DNA from: Cycas panzhihuaensis
Taxonomy: Eukaryota > Plantae > Cycadophyta
Assembly (NCBI GenBank): GCA_023213395.1
Contig: CM041465.1
Location: forward strand, 216,883,741 to 216,947,740
Direction: 5' to 3'
DNA: 64,000 nt
Part shown: positions 10,794 to 24,386 of the stretch, piece after piece
Layout: each line of letters starts with the position of its first letter
Position numbering within the stretch: the stretch's first letter is position 1
The notes under the pieces: generated by a model
Told to the model about the DNA's origin: nothing
Seen by the model: the letters and a program-made list of their open reading frames with translations, nothing else
Databases searched by the model: none
Position numbers and translations under genes: made by a program

Positions 10794-11260
10794 ATGGCAC
10801 AATTCTCCATTTTTTATGGCCATAAATTTTCACTATGGTATGACACCATGCAAACTTACTTTATTGAGCATGATCTTTTAAAGTATTTACAACATGAATG
10901 TGACCTTAGCATTAAAGAAAATATTAGAAAGGATTATGAAGCATTAGGTTATTATTTTGCACTATGAATGATGACATTTTTTCAAAGGTTTCTGAATTAA
11001 CAACTTTTAAATCAGTTTGGAATGTATTAATCTCTACTTATTGGGGAGATACCCTCCATGTATTTGATGATATTTTTGATGAGCATGTGAGACAGGTGAT
11101 AGAACATGTGAAGCATCACGCCAACACCCATGAAGATTCATATCAAATGCAGGACCAACTTACTACACAAGGATTTGATTCTCCATTTAAAGGGGAGAAT
11201 GAATCTTATGATATGATAAAGAATGAACTTGATGATATGACAGTTGTTCACAGCATATAA
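10794..11260 (+). pseudogene. Truncated copia gag remnant of element A
   Basis: MAQFSIFYGHKFSLWYDTMQTYFIEHDL...EALGY (frameshift) MNDDIFSKVSELTTFKSVWNVLISTY resembles the copia Gag N-terminus (DUF4219/UBN2-like). No pol before the PPT. Confidence 0.7.
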
Positions 11261-11525
11261 ATTATAGAAGACAAAGTTCAAGTTCAAAGCCTTCTTAATG
11301 TTCCAGTTGACAAAGTCAAAATTACAACTATTCATTTATATTTGAATCAAGTTTCATCTACTTATAGTTTTTCTACATCATTCCTTGATAAAGAGACATA
11401 TGTGGCTATAAGGGTGAGAAGAGTTGATAAAGATCAAGATCAGAATTTCAAAGTTTTTTTCAAGTACAAGTTCCATAAGTTCAAGGAAAAGATACAAGTG
11501 TTCATGATAACATTAAGGGGGAGAA

Positions 11526-11962
11526 TGCTGGAGTTAATTATCATCACTCCACTCCCGCCTTCCAACCAGGATTGTACATCTCACCATCTTTAATTTAAAC
11601 ATGTGATACTTAACATGTCAAGGTAAGTTAAGGTAAGTTTAACTTTGATTTATGTTAAGTTGAGTTAGTTTCATTTGAGTTAAGTGAACATTATTTTATT
11701 ATTATTTTAAATTCAGGGGTTGAGAAGTTTCCCTCCTCCCCCAAATTATAAATATTAAGGGGTGTGCAACCCTGGTGTCTCTAGACATCACCTCCTTTTT
11801 TAGAAATTTGTAATGCTCATTTCTGCTACAATGGATTGAATAACAATGCTTTTATGGTTTATGCTATTGTGATTGTGATACATTGATGTATTAATGCAAT
11901 ATTAGTTTATGGTTATTTGATATACATTCTGCCCTGTTCTCCTGCAAATATATTTTCCTACA
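11526..11962 (+). repeat. 3' LTR of element A (437 bp)
   Basis: TG...CA termini, preceded by the PPT, matches 1-112. Confidence 0.9.
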
Positions 11963-14900
11963 CTACTAAGGAGGCTAATCAGGTGGAGTCGAATCCAGGT
12001 ATAGATAATGATGTCTTGGTTGCTTATAATGTTTTCCATTATCATCATAATTAGTTATTAGATTCAGGTGCTTCACACCACATATGTCTACACAATAGTT
12101 TATTTTTATCGTACCAAACTCTTGATGGTGGTGATATGCTTATCGGAAATAAAGTTTCCTATAAGATAGTAAGCATTGGTAGTATCAGAATTAAAATGTT
12201 TAATGGTGTAGTAAGAACATTAACTGAAGTTACACATGTACCTAATCTAAAAAATAATCAGTTTTCCTTGGGTGAACTAGATTCTAGTGGTTATAAGTAA
12301 ACAGATCATGAAGGAGCCTTAAAGGTGTCAAAGGGTGCCTTGGTTGTTATGAAAGCCTTAAAGAAAGGAAACCTTTACCTTTTAGTGGAAAGTATAGATG
12401 TCAGTCATGCAGCTACAACATCAAAGACTACAGAAGATCCAACTCAGTTATGGCATCAGAGACTTGGGCATATGAATGAGAGAGGACTTAAGGTGCTGAT
12501 GAACCATAAGTTACTTCCTAACTTGTAGCTTTTAGATTTGGCTTTTTGTAAACACTATATTAATAGAAAACAGTATAGACCCAGGTTTAAAGTAGGGAGT
12601 CACATTAATAAAGGTGTTCCAGATTATGTACATTCAGATGTGTGGGGACCAGCCCCTACAATATCTTATAGAGGATCATTATATATTATCATATTTATAG
12701 ATGATTACTCCAAAAAGGTATGGGTTTATTTTTTGAAAAGGAAATCTAAAGTTTTCAATGTATTTAAGTAGTTCAAGGCTCTAGTTGAGAAGACCATTGG
12801 GAGGTCAATCAAATGTTTAAGAACTAATAATGGAGGTGAGTTTAACTCCTTGGAGTATGAGAACTATTACAGAGAAGCTGGGATTGAAAGGTATAAGACC
12901 ACTAGCTATACTCTACAACAGAATAGCATAACTGAGCACATGAATAAGACACTCTTGGAAAGAGTAAGAAGCATGTTGAGTAATGCAGGAGTGGAGTAGG
13001 GGTTATGGACAGAAGTTATTCAAATAACTTATTATTTAGTAAACAAGTCACCATCACTTGCAATAGACTGCAAGATTCTTGAAGAGATATGGACTAGACA
13101 TCTATGTGACTATTCAAATTTAAAAGTTTTTTGTTGTGATGCTTATGCCTTGACTCACAAAAGTCAATGTTCAAAGTTAGACCCAAAATCCAAGAAATGT
13201 ACCTTTGTTGGTTATGGTGATAGAGATGGTGTGAAGGGATACAGGTTATGGGATTCTACTACCTATAAAATCACTATTAATAGAGATGTTGTGTTTAATG
13301 AATCTCCTTTTCTAAAATTAAACAGTATAGAAGTTGAAGTGAAATAGGAGTAGAAAGCTAAACATCAACAAGTCAATGTTGAGACCTAACCATCTTTGGA
13401 AATAAAAGAGCAAGAAGACCTTTCTGAAGATGAATATATAGCAACTTTAAAGGAGTATGTGAACAATCCTCCACCAACTATTAGAAGATCTACATAAGTC
13501 AGTCATCCACCTGATAGGTACAGCCCTTCTATTTCTATTACTTTGGTTTCTAGCGATGGTAAACCTACATGCTATCAAGAAGCAGTAGATGATATCCATA
13601 ATGAGAAGTGGAAGAGGGCTATGTAGGAAGAGATAGATGCTTTGAAGAAAATAATTTATAAAACTTGGTAGAACTTCCACATGGCAGGAGGATTGTTAGT
13701 TGTAGGTGGGTTTTCAAGAAGAAAATAGATGTTGATAGAAAGGTTGATAAATACAGGGCAAGACTGGTGGCTAAAGGTTTTACACAAAAAATAAGTATTG
13801 ACTTTCATGAAATATTTTCACTAGTCGTCAAACTTATTTCAATTCAAGTTCTATTAGCATTGGTAACTTCTCTTGATTTAGAATTGGAGCAACTAGATGT
13901 AACAATAGCTTTTCTACATGGAGATTTTGATAAGGAGATCTATATAGATCAACTAGAAGGGTTCATATAGGATGGCAGGAAAAGACTTGTATGTAGGCTC
14001 AAGAAATCATTGTATGGCCTGAAGCAATCACCTAGGCAATGGTATAGGAAGTTTGATGCCTTCATGGAGAGCTAAAATTTCAAAAGAAGTGAGTATGATC
14101 ATTGAGTTTACTTTAAATTCTTAGACAATAGCTTATGCATTATCTTAGTATTATATGTTGATGACATACCAGTTACAAGCAATAGCATGGTAGAAATCAA
14201 TAAGTTAAAGGCTCAATTAGCTAAGACTTTTGATATGAAGGATCTAGGAGCTACAAAACAAATCTTAGGTATGGAGATACATAGAGACAAGAAAAATGGT
14301 AAGTTATAGTTATCACAGCAAAAATATGTGGAGAAGGTGCTAACCAGATTTAGTATGGCAAACGTAAAACTAGTGAGTATCCCATTAGCTTCCTATTTCA
14401 AGCTTTCTTCAAGTATGAATCCTAGCAATGAAGAAGAAAAAGATTATATATATCATGTATCTTATGCCAGTGTAGTAGGAAGTTTAATATATGCCATAGT
14501 ATATACAAGGCCTGACATTTCACATGCAGTCAATGTAGTTAGCAGATTTATGGAAAATCCAAGAAAGAAACATTGGGCAGTAGTGAAATGGGTGCTTCAG
14601 TATTTAAGGGGCACAAGTGACTATTGCATCACCTTTGGAGGTACAGGTAATCAAGTTTGTTGATTCAAACTTTATAGGAGATTTAGATAAGAGAAGGTCT
14701 ACTTTGGGTTATGTATTTACTCTTATAAATGGTCTGGTTAGTTGGATGTCAAAATTACATAACATAATTACACTATCAACTATAGAAGTAGAATATATTA
14801 TTGTAGCACATACTTATAAAAAAATAATATGGTTGCATGGTCCATTGGTTGAGCTTAGAAGGAAATAGGAAAAGGTAAAGGTATTTTGTGACAATCAAAG

Positions 14901-15272
14901 TGCTATTTACTCAACAAAGAATTCAACTTATCATAGTAAGATAAAGCAGGTGGAGTGCCATTTACTGTGAGGAGTTGGATGGCTGGTTGTTGTTACTGTG
15001 AGCATTCTACTGTAGATTATATGTATTTTTCCATTCTTTAATAATAAAGATTGATACCTTCCCTATATGGATGCTTCCCTAGCACATTGTTAGGGTTTTA
15101 CCATGTTATATCGAGTGTATATGTGATGCTTTGGCTTTTTAATTCATTTATTGTATTATCTCTAGTTTAAGAACTTGCATGTTAAATTTTAGTTTCGATT
15201 CTTGTAACTAGTTACAAAATAGTTTAGATCTTGGTGGCAGTTTCTGGTTATTGGGATATAGTTTACTCAACA
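11963..15272 (+). mobile_element. Element B: Ty1/copia (Tnt1/Tork-like) 3' half with decayed pol and partial 3' LTR; host of element A
   Basis: DSGASHH protease at 12061; [79 protein letters not shown]. RNase H breaks off at about 14948 into LTR sequence ending ...tttactcaaCA. Confidence 0.9.
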
Positions 15273-17000
15273 GGAAAGCCATCAAATCTTGGGGATTTAT
15301 TATTAATCATCTTATGAATAGACTTAGTTAATTCTTCTAACCTAATTAACACATCACATATAATTCTCTGTATATCTAGCACCTTCTTAAGGATCATAAT
15401 TAAGCACTTTTATTTAGCATTCTTTATTTCCATTAACTTTGTCTGGGCTTTAAGAGCATATGAACAATAATTAATAAGCTCTTATATTATGGCTTGCATG
15501 TGTATCACCCTTTCATCATTAGTCTTTAAGGCTAGAAATTTTTTATTATTCTATTTACTTTCAAAAGACTAAAAAGAGAATTTTAAGCACTTACCTCCCT
15601 CTTTTAATTAATGTAATCTAGCTTGATTTTGGCCCCTTTAGCTTTTCCTGATCTCAAAGCTCTTTATATCCTATAAGGTTTTAGTAAGTACTTTTTGGAT
15701 CTACTCATCAAATAAGGTGTCCTCAAGCTCTTGTCTTAGAGCAACTTGCTTATTAGAGTTGAGATTATCTAATCTCTTCTTAATATACATCACATGCTTG
15801 CCATAACCTTTGAGAAAGGATGTAATTTATACCATTGTTTCTTCCCTCTAGGTGATCTATCCCCTATCCCTTAAAGGTATCAAGTTAAGAAACCATACGT
15901 GTTTGATGCCTAATAGGCATAGCTTGGAATTAAGATGGGAGGTATTCAATTTAAAGACTAAACAATCTGAGTCTCCTTTGATCCCCTCAAGTGATTCTAA
16001 AGGTGATGGGATGATGGTCTAATAGGATAGTCTCATTCAGGATTTTCATTAGCCTTAAGTGATTTTGGGAGAATCTAAAATACTTATCAGATGAGATCAT
16101 CACACTATTAAGCCTTTTAAGGATCCTATCTCTTTTGGACCTAAAGTTAAACCAAGTAAATTATAGATTATATCTTTTCTCTTTCTTAGACATGTTATGA
16201 TCATATAAGCCCAATTCATTTTTAAAAGCTAACCAATCATGATGCTCCTCTTAGTACCACTTAAAGGGTCTACCCTCAATATTATCAAAGGGCACTTTTG
16301 TCATATTGAAAATTTCATAGATAGTTTATGTAACATCTAGTAAGTATAGTCTAATCCAACACCTGAGCATAGTCTTATGCTTAGGTAGGTTAGGCACATA
16401 TATGTTGTAGATTCTTAGTAGCCTATTTTCAAGACTAATAATAATCTATACATAATGATTTAAGTAATTTAAGCCATGCATGACTGCATTCTTACCCTAG
16501 TGGGACTTAGTAAAATAATAACACCACCCTATCCTTCACTATGGGATGTATTAAAAGATGAGTCATTATTCTAAGCATACATAGTCATAAACTTAAGATT
16601 ACTACTAAAACACTTGACTTCCTCTAAACATGGTATATCAAGTCTTACAAAATTGTTATAAAACTTTATAAGCATCATCCTTATAAATTGGTCAAGCAAA
16701 CCCCTTATATTCTAAATAAAAATATTCATCATGGCCATCATCTAGATCCATACTACTACCCTTCTCATAAAGACTATCTCCCATGAGGCTAAATCTATTA
16801 GACTTTAGTGAGATACTAAAGGATTTAGGATGCTTGATAATAGCATCTAAGAAATTCTTAATTAAGATCTTCCTCCTTCTATCCCTCTACCCTACCCTCG
16901 GCCCTTTAGGTCAAATGAGAAAATTAGTTTTAAGGTGATAGGTGGTGACTTAACAAATGGTTACTCAACCACCTTACCCTTTCCTTTCTTATAGTGAAGA
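15273..17000 (-). mobile_element. Old, highly decayed LINE fragment (mid-ORF2 and ORF1 remnants); boundaries approximate
   Basis: Reverse strand at 15273-15300 gives KSPRFDGF (KAPGPDGF motif). A VWIRL-like ORF1 motif lies near 16350. Confidence 0.5.
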
Positions 17001-17049
17001 TTGACTCTCTATTTTATTCCTTTGGTTTAGCCTAAATTTGAGCCTTTGT

Positions 17050-18907
17050 AATTAGGAATTTTTGTTAGTTATTTTTTCACTATAAACCTCAATCCATCCA
17101 TCGATACTTTCAACCATTGGCTTAAGAATCTTATCTTCAGTTAGGCTCTATGGTTAAGGGGTATTATTCAAATCATAGTCCTTCATATTATACTCTTAGG
17201 AATGGTATCTAAAGCATGAGTTAGGGATATTTAAATACTTGGCACAACACTCACATTGGATTTAGATATGCTTAGGTAAGTCTATCAATAAATACACCAT
17301 GACACTAGCTCTAATATTTGGCTTAAATAAGAATTCTTTATGTGGATCTAAAGATATAAAATTTCCTAAAGGCTAAGAGAGTTCTTTCATAAATGTCTAA
17401 TAGTGCATAAGGATTCCTGAGAACCCAACTCACACTAGATATTTCAATGCCATATCCTAGTCAACTAAGAAGTTAATATCCCAATGGTTAAAAACCACCA
17501 AGTTCCTTCTGCACACCCATGGGCTTGTATTTAATACATATTACAAGGTTTCCAAAGATTCAAAAATAAAGCTAAAAATAATCTTTAGATAAGTTCTATA
17601 TAGAGATTATCTTCTCATGGAAGATTTCTATAACAAACTTGGCCCATTACTTAATAACTACTTTGAAGGGATTTGAATAATAAAGTATACTATTAATGCA
17701 CAGGGATAGATATCATTTAGTGCATTACAAACCACATAAATATTTAAGAAAATTATTACCAAACTTGACCCACCTTGTCAAATACCTTTAGGACAAATTT
17801 CCTTGTATATTTGGGTGTCATTCTCCCCTTACAAACCAAAAAAGAAACATGGCATAGGTTTAATTAGGTGCTCTCTAATCACTTTAGAGAAAGATCAATT
17901 ATTTCTTGGGAAAACCATATTGACACTTGGTTCATATAAAGTGTTAGGTCAACTAACCAACTTAAACAATATGACAATACCCTAAAGGTTTGCTAAATAT
18001 AAGAGATATGGAATGATGACTAGAAATAACTCAAGAACAAAGGAAAGTCAATGTATGGCTCCACTCTTACCCTTCTTAACACTACTTCTTGAGCACACTT
18101 CTCTCCATATTTCCTTCTCCTTTCCTATGGATTGATCTAGAATTGTCTAAATAAATTATTTTTTAAATAATATTTATACATCTTAGTCCTAAATAGGGCA
18201 CACTTCTCTTGCCATTTTTTAATATTATCTAAAAAGTCTTCTCATTCAATGAGACTATAATTAGATTTAAAGGGTGTTTTCCTAAGAATAATCCCTTTAT
18301 AACAAAATTAGAAAATGATTAAACCTAACTTTAGCTAGAATATAAGATTTGAATATGTATTCATTCATAAATAGATATTTAGTAACCAAAAATCAATCAA
18401 GACTTGTGGATATTTTCTCTCTTCCTCATTGCCTATCTATCCACATAAAGCTACTATTAGATGGTTTAAGATCCACCATCCCCTTCTCCTTAATGAATCG
18501 ACATACCAAATTGGCCTTAGGATCTAAAACTGGAGCTCCTCCTGTTTTCTCATCTAAACTTAAAATTATATTTAGGTCACCACTAATGATCCAATTACTC
18601 TTATAAAAATTTTTACCATCTCTACTTATGTCCCTCCAATATTTATCAATAAGGATCTTTAATATGGGTCCATAAATATTTGTGATATGGATTACTTTCC
18701 TTGAATGTAACACTTTCAATGATGTTCATAGCTAGGCATTTCCTTTAGCTTTATCCAATTTTTATAACTCACTTGGGTTATAGTACCTCTAGATTATTTT
18801 CATGATGTAATGGATTCCCTAACAAGGTTATTTTTCTAAACTTCTCTAATGCTACTAATCCAATCTTTGGCAAATTTATTTTTTAAATTATAATCACCAC
18901 TAGGTTA
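17050..18907 (-). mobile_element. Old LINE B, segment 1 (endonuclease to RT remnants)
   Basis: ORF 18426-18719 has NIYGP, WIISGDLN and EKTGG (APE endonuclease). A KVFDKV RT remnant lies near 17775 and GFVRG near 17830. Confidence 0.7.
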
Positions 18908-21900
18908 TATTGGAATATGTGATATTATTATATATATAATGTTTAATATAGTAACATAGACCCACACAAAATCTCACTCACCAAAAACATTGAGAGATGT
19001 GATATGCATGATTATTTATATAAACATCTTATTAGATGATGAAATGGCTTAAGATATCTTATAGGCTATTTATAAGGAGATTATTCATATAAATATATGC
19101 ACACACCACTTAAGAACTTGAGATAAAAATGACTCATTTTAAGATGTAATTATTTGATATCTAAAGAGGAGTTCCCAATTCCAACCTCCTCTCGTGGTTT
19201 TTCTTACACTAGGTTTTCTATGTATAAATTTGTTATCTATCTTGTGGTGATTGATTATTCCATGTTTGACATGATTATACTTTATAATTCATGTTATTAC
19301 TTGATATGTTGATCTTACATATATAAATTATGTACATTCTTCAAGATATGATTCATTGATTATACATGTTGATCTATTTCCATTGCACACAATGAGTACA
19401 TTACAATATGATATCAAAGTTACATTTTAAATTCTAACATGGTATTAGAGCCATGCTATCAAAGAACTTATGAAGTAGATTAAAGCTTATACTTAAGCCA
19501 GTTGATGAGCTAATTCAGCCAACAGTTAATCTAATTATAAAGCTAGTATATGAATTAGTACAAGAGTCAGTTTAAGATGTGAATTGATGAGCTAAAAATC
19601 TGATTATGCTAATTATGCCAGTGATATATGACCATGATACTGGGGAAAGATAAAATTGATTAGAGCTAGCATATAGAAGATAGAGCCATATACAACTGTA
19701 TGAGATAAATACAACAAAATTAATGGTATGTTGATTATTGAATTTATTGTAGATATTATTTTAACATGTTGGATCCATATACTAATAACATGTAGGTGTT
19801 AAAGGAGTACACCATATATGAGACAAAAATAATTGCCAATAATATTCATTAATATAGGTTGTCTACCTATAGAAGTGATTGAGATTTTATGAGACTAGAC
19901 ACTTCACCAATCATAACTTATAATAGTAAATATAAGTATTGATAAGATATCTCTCTTACTTAGTTCTTATTTAAGGAATTTTTTATCTACCTTAGCTTAT
20001 ATATTTTCTTCCAGTTAAAGATATTTTTGCAACAATTTAACTATTGAGAGATGTGCATAAAGTTGATGAAATTGTAAGTGATAAAGAAGATGAAGCAAAC
20101 AAGTTGATAACCCCATTAGTAAGAAATGGGTAGCAAACCTATACAAATGGTATACAACACAAGTTATATTAATAAAAATATAAGTGCATATAAAAGTGGC
20201 AAAGAGTGGCATAATAACAAGTATTTGATATATGATATGCAATAAATTAAAGAGGTATATTAAATATGATTGATTTATTAAATGTTGATACCATGTTAAT
20301 ATTTGATTGACAAGGCATGTGGCACATGATAAAATTTGAGGGTTTGATGAAATTAAAACTATGTAATGTAAATATGAATATGATGTATGGGTCTTATGTT
20401 ATAGACATAATAAAGATATGTTGAGCGACATGTTTTGATTTTGCAGGCAATAATTATTTATGGCAAAAACATTGATATGATGAATTAGTATTTGATAAGA
20501 GTACATGAAGTAGATATATACATAATTTTTTTTGTATGATGGCTTAACTTGAAGAATAAGTATGACAAGGTTTAATAGTAGTAAAATTTATATATGTGAG
20601 GGTACAATGTTACATGTGTAGTTTAACTAGCATGAAGATTTGATATGCCATATGCAAGGATGATATATATTACCAAGTGTGTTGATTTGCTTGTATTATC
20701 ATTGTCACCTTATTTTTGTATTAAGATATATTGTAGCGCAATATCCTCTCCATTCATGACCTTATTTACATTCCTATTTTCTTAGAGATTATTATTCATA
20801 TGATACCAGTTAAAGCATCCATGTGATCTATCATCTGTAAACTTCCAAATAGTGAAGCCCCTTATGCCTTAAGTCACCATCATTATGTGTTTTGCCTCAC
20901 TAAAAAATACAACCCTCACATTAAAATCTTACAGATAATCCCATAACTAAGTATATCCCATGCCCAATTGAAGAAAAACTAAATCATTAAAGCTTAGAAG
21001 GCTTTGAACCCTTGATTAAATTTGGGATTTGACTAAGAAAATCTCTCTTGATGACCTCTAATCTATATGGTTGTCTCACATGTGATGAAGAGACCACACC
21101 CTCTATTGCCATCACCATGTTCACATAACATCTATATGACATTTATAATTGTAGAGATCATTTTATATTATATGTGTTATCTTATATGAAGTCATCCATA
21201 CTATATTAATATAAAACACTAACTTGAGCTATAATTTGTGCCATTATCAATTTAGTCCTATTGCCCACCTACAAAGAATCCATCACTCCCATGAAATGCC
21301 CATTGATCTATTTGTATGAAACTTGCATACACCCTATCACTAAAGGTCTTATATGTAGTCCTTAGTCTATATATATTCTAGCATCAAAATTTGATGGAGC
21401 AATTATCATGTAAGGAGGCCTAGATGTAAATATAGATTTATAGAGAAATTTAAATTATTATAGAGATTCATTGCCATGCAAAAAATTTGATCGATATACA
21501 AAAAATTGCAATGTCATGGATTGATTTAGTTGAATTGCATAGTGATTTGAAATCTATAGAAGGGGCTAACATGAAATTTTATAAACTATATTTAAATTTT
21601 CTTTTTGCAATTACAAAAATCAAATTAACCAAATTTGATAATTTTTAGAATTTATGCCTTAGCCCTCTAAGTTAATCAAATAGTCACATGGAGATTACTT
21701 AGTAACCAACAACTAACCAAAAAGAGGCTTAACATATTTTTTAAAGAGATGCTCACTTTTTCATGATATATTGATGCTTTTTCGACCATTACTATTCATT
21801 AAGATATCAAATTTAAGAGTCTTTAGTTGGATCAGAAAAAGAATTTCAAGATAGTAGAAATGAGTGGTCATAAGCCATATTTCATAAATTAAATGAAAGA

Positions 21901-23893
21901 GATTTTAATTAGTAAATTTGAATAAAATATTTTTAGCCTTCTAAAGATGCATTCTATGACCTTTTTCAAATCTATTTTGGTATATTCTGATATTTTTAAA
22001 GACTTTAGAGATTATGATGATGTTATTATTAATTATTGGAGAAAGAAAAAGTAAGTTTCATTTATAATGAGAGATATAAGACTTATTAATGATATTTTAA
22101 GGCTTAAAATTGATGAAAAATTAATGATGTAGGACATATTTGAAGTGAAATTTAATATGGGTATCTTATATATGTTAGACATGTTAAAATTCCCCTTAGA
22201 GATTAATACATTTAATTTAGTGAGATGTACAATACTAGTTAAATGGCATGTTCACTTGGTTTATTAATAAATATTTGATGCTTGATGATACCACTTAATA
22301 TTTAATAAAGGGCCCAAATTATTTGTTTATTAAAGAGATAAGTTGAAGTAATGATTAAATGAAATTTCCACCTATTATTAAGATATAAAGAAGAAGTCTT
22401 ATATGTTGATTACTTGGCACATTAAATTTAGTTATTAAGGTTATCCAACCAATATATAATATGTGTTTCAGTAGAAAATCTAACTTGTCATGTATGATAA
22501 GAGGCATGGAAATACACTATTTATATTACTTTATTATAACTAATGTATCTTTACTAGGTAGTACATCATGTTCTCAAAGTTAGTATGTTTAGATGATTGA
22601 TTTAATGATGATGAGTTATTTATGTATTGCTAAAAGAAATCTGTAAGTATGTAGAAGCATCAATGAAGGCAACACACAAGTTATTTGCTTGTACGCAAGA
22701 TGTGAGATGGATGAGATTGCTCTTATATAACACATAAATTATGTTTTTATTCTCATATATAAGAGACATTATATTTTATGCTACTCTTGTAATATCATTT
22801 TACCTAATAGTAAAGTGTTGTTCATGTTTCTTAATGAACCATGTACAAAAATTACATTCTACAAAAGTAACAATTATAGAAGTTAGTTACCTATATATTT
22901 TAGTAGATGGTTATTATTTTATATAGATATCACTAATTATTTTTATTTGTAAGATTATTAATATAATAAGTTGATAAAGTTGATGATTGATAACAACTTT
23001 ATAGGTGAAGATATAAAGTTATTTAGAAAAATACTTCATATAAATATGAGAGTGAGATTCATGTATATTAGTTGATGTTTAATGGATAAAATTGATTACT
23101 ATATAGGCATTTTATAGATTGGTTGTTTATAGTTGGTCATTGATGATCATAGATGACTATAGATATTTACATATTAATTGCTTATAAGAAATGAGGATGA
23201 TGATTAATAAATTTATAGGTTATAAGTGATATAGATATAGTTTGATACAATGTGATATTGAATTGTTATAAGTTTACAAATACCAGTATAACGTAAAAGA
23301 CATAAAGGCTAAGGTTGATTGAAGACTTAAAGGTTTGAAGACATTGAACATTAAGAGGAAATATTAGAATATATAGTATTATCACATATATAATGTTTAG
23401 TGTAATGATGTAGACCTACATAAAATCCTACTTATTAAAAGTATTGAGAGACATGATATACACAATTATTCATGTAAACGTCCTATTAGATGATAAATAA
23501 CTCAAGAGATATTATAGGCTATTTATGAGAAGATTATTCATCTAATTATATACACACACCACTTGAAAACTTTAGAGATGAATGACTTATTTAGAGATGT
23601 AATTATTTGATATTTAAAAGAGAGCTCCAAACTCCAACCTTCCTCCCATGGTTTTTTTTACACTAAGTTTTCCATATATAAATCTGTTATCTATCTTGTG
23701 GTGATTAATTCTTATATGCTTGATATAATTATAGTTTATTATTTATATTATTACTTGATATGTTGATCTGACACACATGAATTATGTACATTCCTCATGA
23801 TATGATTTATTGATTATACATGTTGACATATTCTTATTGTATATAATGAGTACATTATTATATTATATAAGAGTTAAATTCTAAATTTGAATA
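18908..23893 (+). mobile_element. Element C: degenerate non-autonomous copia-type LTR element
   Basis: LTR pair 18908-19439 and 23362-23893 (532 bp each, clearly alignable). PBS tggtattagagcc at 19440-19452; purine tract at 23353-23361. Interior has no intact ORF and no TSD is recognisable. Confidence 0.85.
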
Positions 23894-24386
23894 AAGAATA
23901 CTCACTAATCTTCATTGAAAGAACTTTCTTTATCTGGTCCTGGCCAAGCCAAGTCCCTTTATATTCTAAGATAAGACTATTATTATTTTAAAGATTTCAG
24001 TGGGATCTTCTTACTTTTATTAAAGGAAATCGAGAATTGAGTTCCTTATTCCACTTTTTTTACACCATGCTTATGAACAGATTTTATTATTTTAAGCCTA
24101 TCTCTTTTCTTGATTGATGGTACTATACAATCCATGCTTTCTTACTACTAACTACATGAGGTGGCTCCAAGGACTGCTTAATCATTTGTCATAAAAAGTT
24201 AGCATTCTTCTACCATGTCTTCCTCTCCTTTTAACACTTCTTCCTAAAGCATAGTTCCATCCTCACCAAGGTCTCATCAAGTCTTCGCCTAGTCTAAGTG
24301 ATCTAATAATTTTCCCTTCTTCCAATAGATCTAATAATTTTTCCAAAGTAACCTAATTTATAATTGTTTACTCCTAGTTTGGATTA
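23894..24386 (-). mobile_element. Old LINE B, segment 2 (endonuclease N-terminus and ORF1 C-terminus)
   Basis: Reverse strand near 23950-23980 reads IVLS*NIKGL (SWNIRGL motif), continuing segment 1 across element C. Confidence 0.65.

Larger units (their letters stand above)
1..11962 (+). mobile_element. Element A: non-autonomous copia-type LTR retrotransposon (LARD-like), 5' LTR cut by window start; carries a LINE insertion and a captured-RNA cassette
   Basis: 1-112 aligns ungapped to 11851-11962 (11 mismatches), both ending ...ttttcctaCA. tRNA-iMet PBS TGGTATCAGAG at 115-125. PPT aagggggagaa at 11515-11525, followed by TG at 11526. Only a gag remnant is visible, no pol. Confidence 0.9.
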
